Of a stretch of 64,000 nucleotides of DNA, positions 13,038 to 25,449 are shown in pieces (positions within the stretch are counted from its first letter, which is position 1; the number at the start of each line of letters is the position of its first letter). A model generated the notes under the pieces. The model was not told where the DNA came from, did no database searches, and was given only the letters and a program-made list of their open reading frames with translations. Source of the DNA: Octopus sinensis (Eukaryota); assembly GCF_006345805.1 (NCBI RefSeq), contig NW_021826031.1:124001-188000 (forward strand), given 5' to 3'. The position numbers and the translations under genes are program-made.

Positions 13038-13808
13038 AACTACACTAACAATTTAAATTAATTAAAAAAATGTATTTATTATATTATTATATATAAATTA
13101 TAATCTAAATAAATAATACTGACTAATCATTGTTACAAAAACTGAATTTTTGAATCAACGATTTTGTTGAACGAATTACTTCAGGGGACTTGGCCTTGAT
13201 TAGATTAATTGGAGAAGAAATTGCTCATATTCCAAATAATTTGTATTTCATGTTTAGCATTGTCTGGTTAAGATAATGGTCAGCCAACATAGTTTTTTGC
13301 GAAAGTTTATTTTTTTATAATCTCAAAAAATGGATCCGTTATTGTTTTTTGATTCTAAATTGGCAATATTCGGAAACAAATTCGACGATTTTAGTTTGGC
13401 TGCCGACCGCGTTGCGTCCAAAACGAAGGCCGATAATGCAAGACAGGGACACCTTTGATTGTTCTCCGTTCTAACTGGTTAAGTTGATAGTTTCGGTTTT
13501 TCCTATTTTACATCTCTGTTTGATTTTTCCCAAATTAGTATTTATTTTCACCGTCCAGATCGATCTGATCGGTCAATAATCTAAATACATAAAAATATTT
13601 TTTGTACGAAAAAGTTGATTGCAAAAATATTGTTTAAAAGTCAATCATTAATCAATGGTTTTAGTTAAACTAAATCGAGATACCTTCAAAAATCAAGGTC
13701 ATTTGATAATTCTATAAATTCAAAGAAAAGCCACAAAATTTTTTTTTTCATATAATATTCTTTCAAAAAGTAAAAAGATAGCTAAGCTAATTAAAGGCCT
13801 CACGAGAC

Positions 13809-16329
13809 GATTGTAGGAAAGAAAGTCAAGCGGAAAAAACGTCAAGTGGAAAAAAAGTCAAGTCCGTAAGCGGAAAAAAAGTCAAGTGGAAAAAAAGTCA
13901 AGTCGTCTTTGTTTACTTTATATTGTATCTTTTTCGCAATAATAGCAACTTTTAATTTTTAACAATTTTTTTCAATACTTGACTTTTTTTCCGCTTTACT
14001 TTTTTTCCATTTTTGAAATTTATTCCCTTATAAATTTTCGAATTTAGCGCAAAACGGAAAAAAAGTCAAGTCCGTAATTTCGTTAACGAACTTGACTTAT
14101 TTTCCGTCTTAAAATAATCGCTTTTCCTAAATCAATTTAAGAACTTCAAAGTAATAATAAAAGTGGCCTGACTTATTTGCTTAATCTTACGCCTTGATCT
14201 TAAATATTATGCATATTGTATCTTAAATATTATGGATGCCGCAAAAATAAGTGACAAATGGAGATAATATCATCTAACAAAGGAGGAAAAAAATTTGTTT
14301 CAAAGGTTATATGTATACAAGGCACTCGACAACAAAAAATTATATAATTTTTAATTGTGTTAAAAAGTCTTCGCAAGGATGCAGAGGAAGCTTAAGAACA
14401 GATCATAACTTTGAGTTTCCTAAAGAAGGAACCTCTCACAATCACGAATTAGACGAAACTCAAATAAAACTGACGAAGTTGTGCAACAAGGCAAAACTTC
14501 TTGCAAAAAAGAGCCAAGAGAATCCCTTACAAATCTATTCAAATGTTGTTTCTCAATGTGATACATCATCCAGAATTCTCTCTCCCTTCTGCAGATTCTT
14601 TCAAGCGAACAATAAGAAATCAACGCTTGTCTCTACATATTCCAAAAAAATTCTAGATCTAGAAGATATTCCATCATTTTTTTTAACTTCAACTCTGGTC
14701 CGGTCCGATTCAGAAAACTTTTTAATTTATGATAATCAAGAAGAAACGATAGACTTTTAATATTCAGCACCAATACTAATTTAACGTTATTGGCAAATTC
14801 CAAAGTATGGTATATGGATGGAAATTTCTCTATGGCACCATGCATATTCAAGCAAATATATTTTATCAGAATTGAGTTCAATTCCAGTCCAATTACAGTT
14901 ATTTATGGAATATTACCTTCTAAATCAAGAAAGATTTACGAAGAATTTTTTGAGACTATTCAAAATGCAATTCATAATTTGAATTTGGAATTTTGTCTTG
15001 AAACTATTATGGCAGACTTTGAAGATTCGGTATTTCGAGCTGTCCTTGCAGTATTTGGGAGACGAATACATATTAGAGGATGTTATTATCATCTAAGGCA
15101 GTCAACCTGGAAAAATTCAAGAATTGCATTTAGTAAAAGAATATAAAGAAAATATTAACTTCAACTTTTTTTGCGCTATGATAGACGCTCTTGCGTTTTT
15201 GCCCATTCAAGATCTGGAAGAAGGAATAGAATTCCTAATAGATAATATACCAAAAGATGTTCCAGATTCAAAATATATAGTAGATTATTTTGATCGAACA
15301 TATGTTCGTGGTTATTATCGTTGCTTAAATAAACAAGAAAACCCTTTATCTGTTAGAATACAGCACATTTCTCCATTGTTCCCTCCAATTTTATGGAATG
15401 TGTATGAAGCCACGCTCAATAATGATCAAAGAACAAACAACTATTGTGAAGGATGGAACAATAAATTATACAATTTGACGGGATATCGTCATCCATCGAT
15501 ATGGAATATTATATCTTCTTTTCAAAAAGAAGAAAAAATGACGAAAAAATTATTGACCAGGATTCCATCGGAAGAAAAATTACGACAAAAAAAACAAGAG
15601 TACACTCGATCGACAACAAAGGCTGCTAAATATATGTCTGGATCGCCAAAACAGAAAAAAGACAATAGGAGAAACCCTACAAGCAATTGCATGGAATATT
15701 AAATATTCTTTTGATTCGAATTAAATAATCCTTTCATCACGTTTAATAAAAATCTTTTTTAAATATTTAAAAATTTTTAAAAATAAAGAAAATCTGGACT
15801 ACTCTAAGAATTTTTGTAAAATTTATGTGATTTATTTTCCGGAAGAAATGAAACAGAATAGATAAAACAAAGGAAGCGAACTATTTCGGCAGGCGAGAAG
15901 CTAACGCGAACGAAAAAAAGTTTGCGCATACAATTGCAAGTGATATCAGTTTTAAAAAACCGATATTCTGAACCAAGCTTTTAAAATTTATTTTCACAAC
16001 GTGTTGCTTAGCTGTGCTGTGGCAGAACATTTAAATGAAATTACAGTCCGTAATTTCGTTAACGAACTTGACTTTTTTTCCGTTTTGCGCTAAATTTCGA
16101 AAATTTATAAGGGAATAAATTTCAAAAATGGAAAAAAAGTAAAGCGGAAAAAAAGTCAAGTATTGAAAAAATTTGTTAAAAATTAAAAGTTGCTATTATT
16201 GCGAAAAAGATACAATATAAAGTAAACAAAGACGACTTGACTTTTTTTCCACTTGACTTTTTTTCCGCTTACGGACTTGACTTTTTTTCCACTTGACGTT
16301 TTTTCCGCTTGACTTTCTTTCCGCATACC
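13809..16329 (+). mobile_element. Mutator-like (MULE) DNA transposon with ~265-bp TIRs and 8-bp TSD
   Basis: TIRs ~13816-14075 and ~16065-16322, near-identical and built from ggaaaaaaagtcaag units; TSD cacgagac at 13801-13808 and 16330-16337. Confidence 0.92.
14258..15702 (+). pseudogene. Frameshifted FLYWCH-MULE transposase
   Basis: SNKGGKK...C...CRG...HNH zinc finger; WYMDGNF, ADFE, GCYYHL, YFDRTY, RTNNYCEGWNNKL spread over several frames. Confidence 0.9.
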
Positions 16330-16683
16330 CACGAGACACCCGGCCAGCCACAAAAATAAATGTTGAAATAATGAGTTTCAATGACAATGACACCTACATT
16401 ACAAAAAATAACTTAAAGTTGCATTTCTTTTGTATTAAAGGCCCTGAACTTAAGCTAAAATTCATCGAAGTAGTGTATTTGTCTATTTTATTAGTCTCAA
16501 CACAATCTTTATCATTTTTGACCTGATAGAATCTACAACACAAGCCCTGTAAGAATGTTGAACATTTTTTCGTGTTTGATCTCAATAAAATCAATCAATC
16601 TTAAAACGAAGAAGATAAAGTAGATCAAAAAATACATTTAGAAAGTTAAAAAACTTTAACTGCTAGTACTTTTAGGGTTAATT

Positions 16684-17058
16684 TCCAAAACATTTTATTG
16701 AACCAATGTAATGTTCAACAGAAAAGAGTTAAAATGCGCAGCGGATCGACTGGCAATTCCCGCGCATGATGGCCAATGAGATCCTTTGAAAGAGTCTGAT
16801 CGACTCGTTGGGATCTTTCGTGGCAACCACAAGCTTAGATCCAAGGCGGCGGAGAAACGATAGCGTCTGCGGGCCGATGACTCCAGAGGTTTCCACCGCG
16901 ACTGCAGTGAATTGGTGATTCTTTGCCAGGACCCGGTACTTTTTCTGTTTTGTTAGTTCCGCCTGCTTTGCAACTGAGCCCGGTTCCGCAGCGGAGACAA
17001 TTAGATTCTTGGCGGAGAAAGTGTCGGAACAGGTGGCGTCCCAGATAAGGCATTTCCC
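16684..17058 (-). mobile_element. 5'-truncated CRE-like retrotransposon 3' end with 15-bp TSD
   Basis: LIWDATCSDTF...AELTKQKKY...AVETSGVIGP...FQRISLAIMRGN; flanked by cttttagggttaatt at 16669-16683 and 17059-17073. Confidence 0.8.
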
Positions 17059-18884
17059 CTTTTAGGGTTAATTGTATATTTTTTGTGCCATATTTACTTA
17101 ATATTCGTGTCATTGTTACAAATAGTATTTCTTTCCTAAGTAAATAAGTGGACTATGAATCTCACTGATGTGTCGTTCCAAAGCAAGTTTGTTGCCTTTG
17201 GTCTATACATTCATTTAATTTGTAATATGCTTTGGCTTGAATTAAATCGAGAGACTTTTATATTTTATTTTTTAAAATTATTTTATTATATATTTTTTAA
17301 ATTATTTCCACTAATTTAAAAATTAAATAAAATAACCTAATTACATGTTTGACCCTGAATTAGATCCCGACAAGTTAGTCATTAATAATAATTTTAAGTA
17401 ATGAGATTAAAATACCAAAGTCTTATGAATTACAAAAAATCTTTGTCATATTTGTTGATCCTTAAAGTTTAATTTTCTAATTAGGTCTTTGAATTAATAA
17501 TTTTAATATTGACTGGAATTCCTGCTAACATCTGCAGTCATCATTTAATCTCTTTTTGCTTTGCCAGTGTGAAATTGAGTCTCATTACAGTATACCTCAC
17601 ATTTGTTGGCCTCAAATTCCGCAAAAATTTCACTGTCAAAGAGAGTGAAATTATTGTATATATCATTGCCTGATAAATAGATTTTATGCATTTTGATTTT
17701 ATCATTGATAATCGACGTGATTTTGATTGGATTGACTGGAGGTGCAATTTTTCATTTTCCAAAAAACTTATACGCCGTGTTTATCATTGTCTGATTAGTT
17801 TTTTATGTAAATTTAGATCCTGACCCTAATTTTGGTTTCTTTCAAATGTTATCACATTTATTCAGAGAAAATCAGTTTTGACGTTTTAAAACTTTCATCA
17901 CGTTTCCGTTAACAGTCATCATTTCTAATTGTTACTAATAAATTTTTTGTTTGGATTTTTGAATACGCGATAATGGGAAGCTAGTGGAAACTAACAAGGT
18001 TTCTCGAGAAAGTTCATTTTTTGTCAACTAAAAAAACTGAATCATCTATTGTTTTGTGATCCCATGAATCATCTATTGTTTGTGACTTTTTTGAGGGTCT
18101 AGTGATGAGAAAATTTGTCAGAACTCTAACGACACAAGAGAAAATCCAGTCTCTCCACGTCTACCGTCGCTAGGTGGTTTATAGGCAATTCAAGTTTCGA
18201 AAGACTAGTCGTTCAGTCCTTTTCTCGTTTGGAATGTTTGGAATGCGTTGGTCAGGCAGACGGAATTGGATTGGATTCATGACTAATTTTTTTTATTGAA
18301 GTGAATGAAAAAGCTTTATCTTTGATATGCTTCTATAAAGTTGCTATCCAAAATCTTTATAGCATCAAGCCACATTATAAAATTTATCGTTATTATACAT
18401 TCAGCAAGTTTACAAGAGAATCACGTTTGTTAAAATTAAGTGACTAAAACACAATTACCGAATGAAGACAATACGTTTATTTTATAATCTGAGTTTTAAA
18501 AATAACACATCACACTCACTAGTTAACATTTCGAAGATAATTACAAAAAAATAAAAATTGTCACTAGAAAAATCAAAAAATGTCATTGAATATAAATTTG
18601 CTCTTAAAAAGCGTTTTTATTTACTTTCAAATATTTTTCAATTGCATTTGATATTAAAAAAACATAGTTTTCAACGTACTTAATTTTGTAGTTAATTTTA
18701 TTTTATCTTATGGCTTAGATTGTAAACAGTTCATTCAATTTATAATGAATATTAAAGCAGAAAATGGAGATCTCTTATAATTTTTTAAAGTGAGATGGTT
18801 TAGCAAAAGGCCCATGTGATATTTATATGCGGAATGATATCTTGCTTTTCCCTGATGATTTCTGACGTTTCATATTTCCTAAAT

Positions 18885-20685
18885 CAGGCATTTTCAACTT
18901 TTTTTTTCATCGCCCCCTTGTCCACATACAATTTAAAAATTTTTGTGCATTTTCCCTTAATTGGTTGTTTTTTGTATATAACTCAAAAATCAAAATATAA
19001 AACAATAAATCAAATGTAAAAAATGAATTTTATTAAAAATTATTTGTTTACTCGCTAAATATTCAATGTCGGGTTTAATTCTGCTCAACTTTAGGCGTAT
19101 ATCCCATCTATAACACACTTCCAGTCTATTTCTTTCACATTGTGTGTTATGATTGACTAAACTAAATCTATTTCAACTAAATAAGTGATAGGGAATGTTA
19201 ATACAGTCCCGTCCAAATGTTAGAGGCACCCTATTTTTTCCCTAAAAAAGGCACTTATTTGTCATTTTTTGAAAAAAGTTTTTTGTTAATAACAAACTAC
19301 TTAACCTAAAATTTTTGAGCACATTTAGTTTATAATGTGTATTTACTAAGAAACTCAAAATAATACATCGTTCATATGTTAGAAGCCCATTTCAATAACG
19401 AAAGACAAAATTATCCAAAAATTTAATATTTAGTCATTCCTCCATTATTTATGACTACCGAAGATATTATTCTTGGAATTGACTCAAAAAGCTTAATAAC
19501 CACACCTGTATCAATGTTTTCCCAGGCCTTCTTTGTTTCATTCCATAATTCTTGAATCGTTGATGCTCCACATTTTTTAACTTCTTTTTTTAAAATTGCC
19601 CATAGATTTTCAATTATATTTAAGTCAGGAGATTGACTTGGCCATTTTCCATGAGTTTTATGTTGTTTTCGGCCATAAACGCTCTAGTGGATTTTGATGT
19701 ATGACATGTTGCTCCATCTTGTTGAAGAAAATAATTTTCTTCATAAAAATTTTCAAATCCTTCTTTTATAACGCGTTGATATTCGGCGGAGTCGATTAGA
19801 ATTAATAATAATAAATTATAGAATTATTGCTTTTTACATAAGTGCCTCTAACATATGAGCGACCAATTATTTTTTGTTTTCAAGTTTGAGAATACTATCG
19901 GTCGAATATTTATAAAAACTTTGGAAATGTTTAATTTCCTTTAAAAACTTAATTTATTCTTTAAAATCTTTCGAAAAATAATAAATAAGTGCCTTTTTAG
20001 GGAAAAAATAGGGTGCCTCTAACATTTGGACGGGACTGTAGTACATTTCTCATTATCTTCCACAAATTCGGAATTTCATTTGTAGATCTTTTGATTGCCA
20101 AAATTTAGAGATACAACCCTGTTGAAATCTGTGAATATATTCTTCATTATATTTCAATTATCTCTTTTTGGATTGTTTCGTTTATATCTTCTGGCACACA
20201 TCAAAATGGATAAATTATCCATGCTTCAAATTCCAAATCAAACAAATCTTTAAATCTAAGAGATATATCCGCTTCTAGTTCCATCAAATGTTGACAATAT
20301 GTCATAATATTGTTTTGACTAAAATATTTACTTATCTCAGATTGTTGTGAAATGTTTCCAAACTGATTTATAGAAAAATTATGTCGATAAAGCAACAATT
20401 TTCTTGCAAATGTTTTAATTAATCTTTTGCAATCAATCAATTTCCTTGAAGAAGAATAGTAATTTAATTTATCCGGGTGCTTGCGTTTTAAATGATCCTG
20501 TAATCGTGATGGCTTTATCGCCTCATTTGAGAATGAACATTGACAAATAAGACAATAAGGCTTTTCCGTATCTTCAGTACTTTGAATAAACTCATATTTT
20601 AAATATTCGTTTTGATAATGACGACTTTTTTGACCTAATTATCGCCCCCCTGTACAAAATTTTCGCCCCCGGTTGAGAACACCGG
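18885..20685 (-). mobile_element. Internally deleted hAT (Buster/Charlie-type) element
   Basis: Imperfect TIRs caggcattttcaac / gttgagaacaccgg; 8-bp TSD tcctaaat (18877-18884, 20686-20693) fitting Buster NNNTANNN; PYCLICQCSFSNEAIKPSRLQDHLKRKHP zinc finger (~20475-20560, minus). Confidence 0.85.
19204..20038 (-). mobile_element. Internally deleted Tc1 element nested in the hAT
   Basis: ~55-bp TIR cagtcccgtccaaatgttagaggcaccctattttttccctaaaaa; TA TSDs; retains QQDGATCHTSKST...QSPDLNIIENLWAILKK. Confidence 0.9.
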
Positions 20686-21168
20686 TCCTAAATACTGTTG
20701 GCAATTTTTATTAAAAATATACTTTTTACATTCCGAAAATTTTTAAATCAATTGCTTTAGTTATAGATAAGATTAAGAATTCCCAAGTTTTCAAATAAGG
20801 AGTCACAACTCTCAAAATAGTACCTTCAATGCCAGAAATAACTTTTTCTGATGTACAGCTCTATTCTAGGATGCAAGTAAGTCGAGCAAAAAATCATCAA
20901 AAAAAACTACAGTAAAACCTCTCGAATCCGCCGATTTTTTGGTCGGTCCCAAAATCGGCGGATTCGAGAAATCGGCGGATTCGAGAGGCAATTTAAATAA
21001 TATTTTATAGTTGAAATATGAACTTACAATATAGATTAAGTATTTCTTTTTATATACAAATGACTGAATACATAAAATTATTTATATTCAAAAAAATCAG
21101 AAATTTTATTTTTTTAATTGATTTTCTTAACATTTCCCCAATTCGCATAATATTTTCATGATCATCTA

Positions 21169-22634
21169 CACCCCTCGACATTAAAATCCGGACAGTTAAT
21201 AAATCGTCATTTTTATTAGCAATTTTATTAAATTAAAAACTTAAGCATGCTAATATCATCTATATTTTTTAATTTTATAATATTTATTTATAAATCTTTT
21301 TAAAATATTGAGAATAAAGCAAAAACCGATTTTTTTAAGACAAAAAATTCCGGACAAATTTCAAAAAATAAAATATCAATAAGGAATATGCTTTCCTCTT
21401 GATTTATATAACTCTAAACTCCGAGTTTTCATCGAATTTATTAATTTTCGAATAAAATCAATTGGAACTTTATTCCAAATTTCTAATATTTTCTCCTTTT
21501 GTTGATGTTTATTTTTTGGTCGATTTTCTGTATCATCCCTCGATAATTCATATTTAATTTTTGACCAAATATGTTCAATGGGATTCATATCGGGGGATTG
21601 AGCCGGCCAATCGAGTAAATTAATTTTGTTTGCAGAAAAATACTCCTTTGTTGCTTTCGAAGTATGACATGGGGCATTATCTTGCTGGAATATGAAGCTG
21701 TTTAATCCCATTTTAATGGCTGATTTTTCCAGATTGTTAGCAAGAATGTTTATATATTGTCCTGAGTTTATTTTTTCATCAATGAAACATAACGAACCCA
21801 TTCCAAAATATGAAAAGCATCCCCAGACCATAATTTTGCCACCACCACACTTAACAGTTGGCTGATAATTTGAATTTTTGAATTCATTTCCCCTTTTTCG
21901 GTATATAATTTTTCTTTTACGTGCATAATAAACTTCAAAAGTACACTCGTCTGAAAAAATGACTGATCTCCATCCTTCATCACACATACCAACGAATATT
22001 TTCGATATTTCATATCTTTTGAGTATGTTTTTTTTACTCAACAATGGTTTTTTCTTTGCTACTCTTCCAAATAAACCGTTCTTATTCAAATTGCGGGTAA
22101 TTGTTCGCGGGGAAATTACTTTTTGAGTGATGGTTTTCATTTCTAGAGCGAGGTCTTTAGCAGATTTTTCACTATTGGCTTCAGAAAGTTCCACTAATAT
22201 TTTGATTTCGTTTGTATTGAGTAATGTTGGTCTTCCAGACCCACTTTTTCTATAAATGGTTCCTGAGTTTATGTATTTTCGAATAACATCGAAAACGGTC
22301 GATTTCGGAACTCCGAGGATATCAGAAATTCTCCTATAAGAAAAATTTTGCTGGTAATAAGAAATAATTTGTCCTTTACAAAAAGAATCCATTAATTTGT
22401 TCTAAAATATTAAAAAAATTAGCTCTTTTAACTATAATAGCAAAAGTGTCCGGAATTTTACGCCACTGAAAACACGTTTTATGCTTTTAAATATCGTTTT
22501 ATAAAACTTTTGTAAATATATTTTTTTTAATATAAAAATATAGAAAAAAATATTATGCTCAAAGGTTTTTTTTTCTAAATTTGATAATAAAAATGACGAT
22601 TTATTAACTGTCCGGATTTTAATGTCGAGGGGTG
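21169..22634 (-). mobile_element. Full-length Tc1 element (IR/DR-like ends)
   Basis: Perfect ~50-bp outer TIR cacccctcgacattaaaatccggacagttaataaatcgtcatttttatta; TA TSD; inner aaattccggaca copies at ~21346 and ~22447. Confidence 0.95.
21376..22392 (-). CDS. Intact Tc1 transposase, DD34E
   Basis: 338 aa; paired-like HTH, GSGRP, FSDE, QQDNAPCH, 34 residues to the E of SPDMNPIE. Confidence 0.95.
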   Translation of the reverse strand: MDSFCKGQIISYYQQNFSYRRISDILGVPKSTVFDVIRKYINSGTIYRKSGSGRPTLLNTNEIKILVELSEANSEKSAKDLALEMKTITQKVISPRTITRNLNKNGLFGRVAKKKPLLSKKNILKRYEISKIFVGMCDEGWRSVIFSDECTFEVYYARKRKIIYRKRGNEFKNSNYQPTVKCGGGKIMVWGCFSYFGMGSLCFIDEKINSGQYINILANNLEKSAIKMGLNSFIFQQDNAPCHTSKATKEYFSANKINLLDWPAQSPDMNPIEHIWSKIKYELSRDDTENRPKNKHQQKEKILEIWNKVPIDFIRKLINSMKTRSLELYKSRGKHIPY

Positions 22635-25449
22635 TATATCTGCATTTACCTGAGAAGCATAAGTTTTAATAATCTCTAGAGCTCTGAAGGCTTCTGAGAG
22701 ATCAACTTTTTTCTCATTTGATTCCTCTTCAATAATTGTTTCCTAAGTATAATTATTAAATAAAATCACTAACTGATTGAACTTTTTTTGACTGTAATGT
22801 ACCAGCTTGTTCAGATTTGTCTAAAAATTTGATTAGCTCTTCATTTTCAGTATATCCGTAATCAACAAATTCACTATAAGACCTTTTCGATTATATCATT
22901 TATTTTCAAATTGGTAAATTCGGCTTTAAAGCATTTTATAATTCCTTGATCCATTGGTTGCAAGAGCGAGGATGTTCTAGAAGGCAAAAAAAGAATTTCA
23001 ATTGAGTTTAACGTGACAATAATTTGATGAGATGGACATTGATCTATTACAAGTAGAATTTTTCTTTTTTTCTTTGCAAGTTCACAATCAAAATCATTGA
23101 GCCACTTGTTAAAAATTTCACGGTTCATCCATGCCTTATTGGAATGGGTGTAGGTAACATATTTTCCAATGTTGAAATTTTTAAAACACCTTGGACTTTT
23201 GAATCTTCCTATCATCACAGGCCTTCTTTTATCGGAACCAGAACAATCTGCGCATAATAGTAACAAAAATCGATCCTTCGACAACTTTATTCCAGGCCGT
23301 GATTTGGTGCACACACTTTTGGAAGGAATCGCCTTGTAAAAAACACCAGTTTCATCTGCATTATAAACATTGTCCAATCCATATTGTTCAATTTTTAAAC
23401 TCATTGTTTCATTAAAATCAGTAATAGATTTTTCATCATGATTTACTGATCCACTGTCTCCGTGAAATTTTTTTAACTTGATACCATTTCGTAATTTAAA
23501 CTTTTCTAGCCACCCACGACTTGCTTTAAATTCTGGAAAATTTTTTCCAAACTTAAGAGCTTTTGCAATTAACATCGAATCTGATAGAATTGCTCCACTA
23601 GATTCCATTAAGTTATCCATGTTATCATCGCTACATCAATTTCATTAAATTTGAGTTTTGGAATTCTCGTATGTTTAATTTTTTGATGTCAGTCCTATTC
23701 AAAAGGTCCGATTTTGATTTAAGGTCGTTTATAGTTCTAGGAGAAATTTTCTTTTTTAACCGTGAAGAAAAAATCCTGGAAATTTGAGATGCAGAAACGA
23801 ATGGGTTGTCAGAAATATAACGTAGTATAGAAATTTTTTCGTTTATAGAAAGTCTAACACAGCGACGCATCAGAAAAATACAATTTAACGTGTAATGAGA
23901 ATTTTAAAATGTTAATTAATTTAACTTACAATTAGATAAAAAAATTATTTTTCATAATACTTGAGAAGCGGATTCGAGAAACAAGCGGATTCGAGAAACA
24001 AGCGGATTCAAGAATCATTCATAGGAAATTTCAAATTTTTGATTAAAACAAGCGGATTCGAGAAGCGGCGGATTCGAGAAGCAGCGGATTCGAGAGGTTT
24101 CACTGTATTTTTATTTTTTCATGAAAGTTTGGTGGAATTATTTTCTATTAATAAATATAATGTCTTTTCCATTATTTCAATTAATCTAGGACTAGAATAA
24201 ATAATGACCTGATTAATTAAATTTTTATTGTGAAATGGAACCTGAGTACGTTTATTGTTAAAAATATTTTTAGAGCTAGGACAAAAACACAAAAGCCTTA
24301 CCAATTAAACAAAATTGCCATAATACTTGTTTGCGATCATATCTTAATTTTTGAATTAGGCTAGCAAATTGATGATTTTAATATTGGTCGCCATTTCAAA
24401 AATCCATTTTCATATTTTAATATTTGGCCTCGCTGTTATTGATTGGGCTTTAATCATGATATACGCTATATTCTGTACCTTCAATTTCTTCCAAAGATTC
24501 AGCGTAAAAAAGAGTGAATCTATTGTATCTTTTATAACTCATAAATAGTGTTTGTGGTTGTTTTTTTTCTCTTTCATCATTCAAATATTCGTAATTGGAT
24601 TATCCGCAAGATCAATAATTCTGAACTCAGAAGATCTCTATCCTCCTTTTATAATTGTCAAATTATTTTTATAATCAATATAGTTCATGGCAATACTATC
24701 AATTGCTATAGAATTTTATTTTATTTATTCAGAAAGAATTAGATTTGATCTTCTGAAACTCGGGCGATAACTTGATTTATGAGCTTTTAACTACTATTTT
24801 GATTTTGTGGACTAAAATTTTTTTTCTTTTTAAAATTTTCAATTTCAATAAATAGCCCGAATTAATTTTGCTGTCGTAGTTTCAACCTTTCCTGCTAGAT
24901 AACTAAAAGTATAAAATCTTGTTAAGAAAAAGACATACATTCAATTTCGGTTTTATCAGAATTGACTTTATTCATTAAACAAAATAGGTGATATTCATAT
25001 TTAATATTGTTGCCTCAAACATTAAGTTAATTTAGAAGATTAATGCATTACGTTCAAGACTTGTGAATTACTTCAGTAAATTGCAAAAATTTTTTTTGAC
25101 AAAAAAGAAAACAAATTAAGTTAGGAATGTACAGAGGGGGATTAAAAATTAAAATTAAAAACGCAAAATTAAAAAATTAATTTAATCCGGGAAAAGTTGA
25201 ATCGTTCTATAAATTCAAAAAATGAAATAATTTGGATTAATAAAAAAATTTAATTTTTATTGCCAAAAAGCGTCTCAAACCAAAAAAATTGGCTACTTAA
25301 ATGTAATCGTTGTCATACAAAATAACTAATTCAATGTTATGCATTTTATCTGAAGAATTCAGATTTACGAGGTCGTTTAATTATATTCTGAATAAACCGA
25401 GTATTGATTAAAAACGGATTAAAAACTACAATTAATGTTAAATGAGATA

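Larger units (their letters stand above)
20910..24105 (-). mobile_element. pogo/Tigger DNA transposon with frameshifted transposase, interrupted by a Tc1
   Basis: TIR cagt(a/g)aaacctctcgaatccgc, TA TSDs, subterminal gcggattcgagaa repeats; ORFs 23631-23870 (HTH) and 22874-23620 (FKASRGWLEKFK, YNADETG, IDQCPSH, QPMDQGII). Confidence 0.93.

Noticed and set aside
13816-13910. Short repeated ggaaaaaaagtcaag units resembling a CRISPR or iteron array
   Set aside because: No unique spacers; mirrored at 16235-16322 as MULE TIR subrepeats.
23960-24100. gcggattcgagaa repeat cluster and ORF 23961-24200
   Set aside because: Subterminal transposase-binding repeats of the Tigger; the ORF is spurious.
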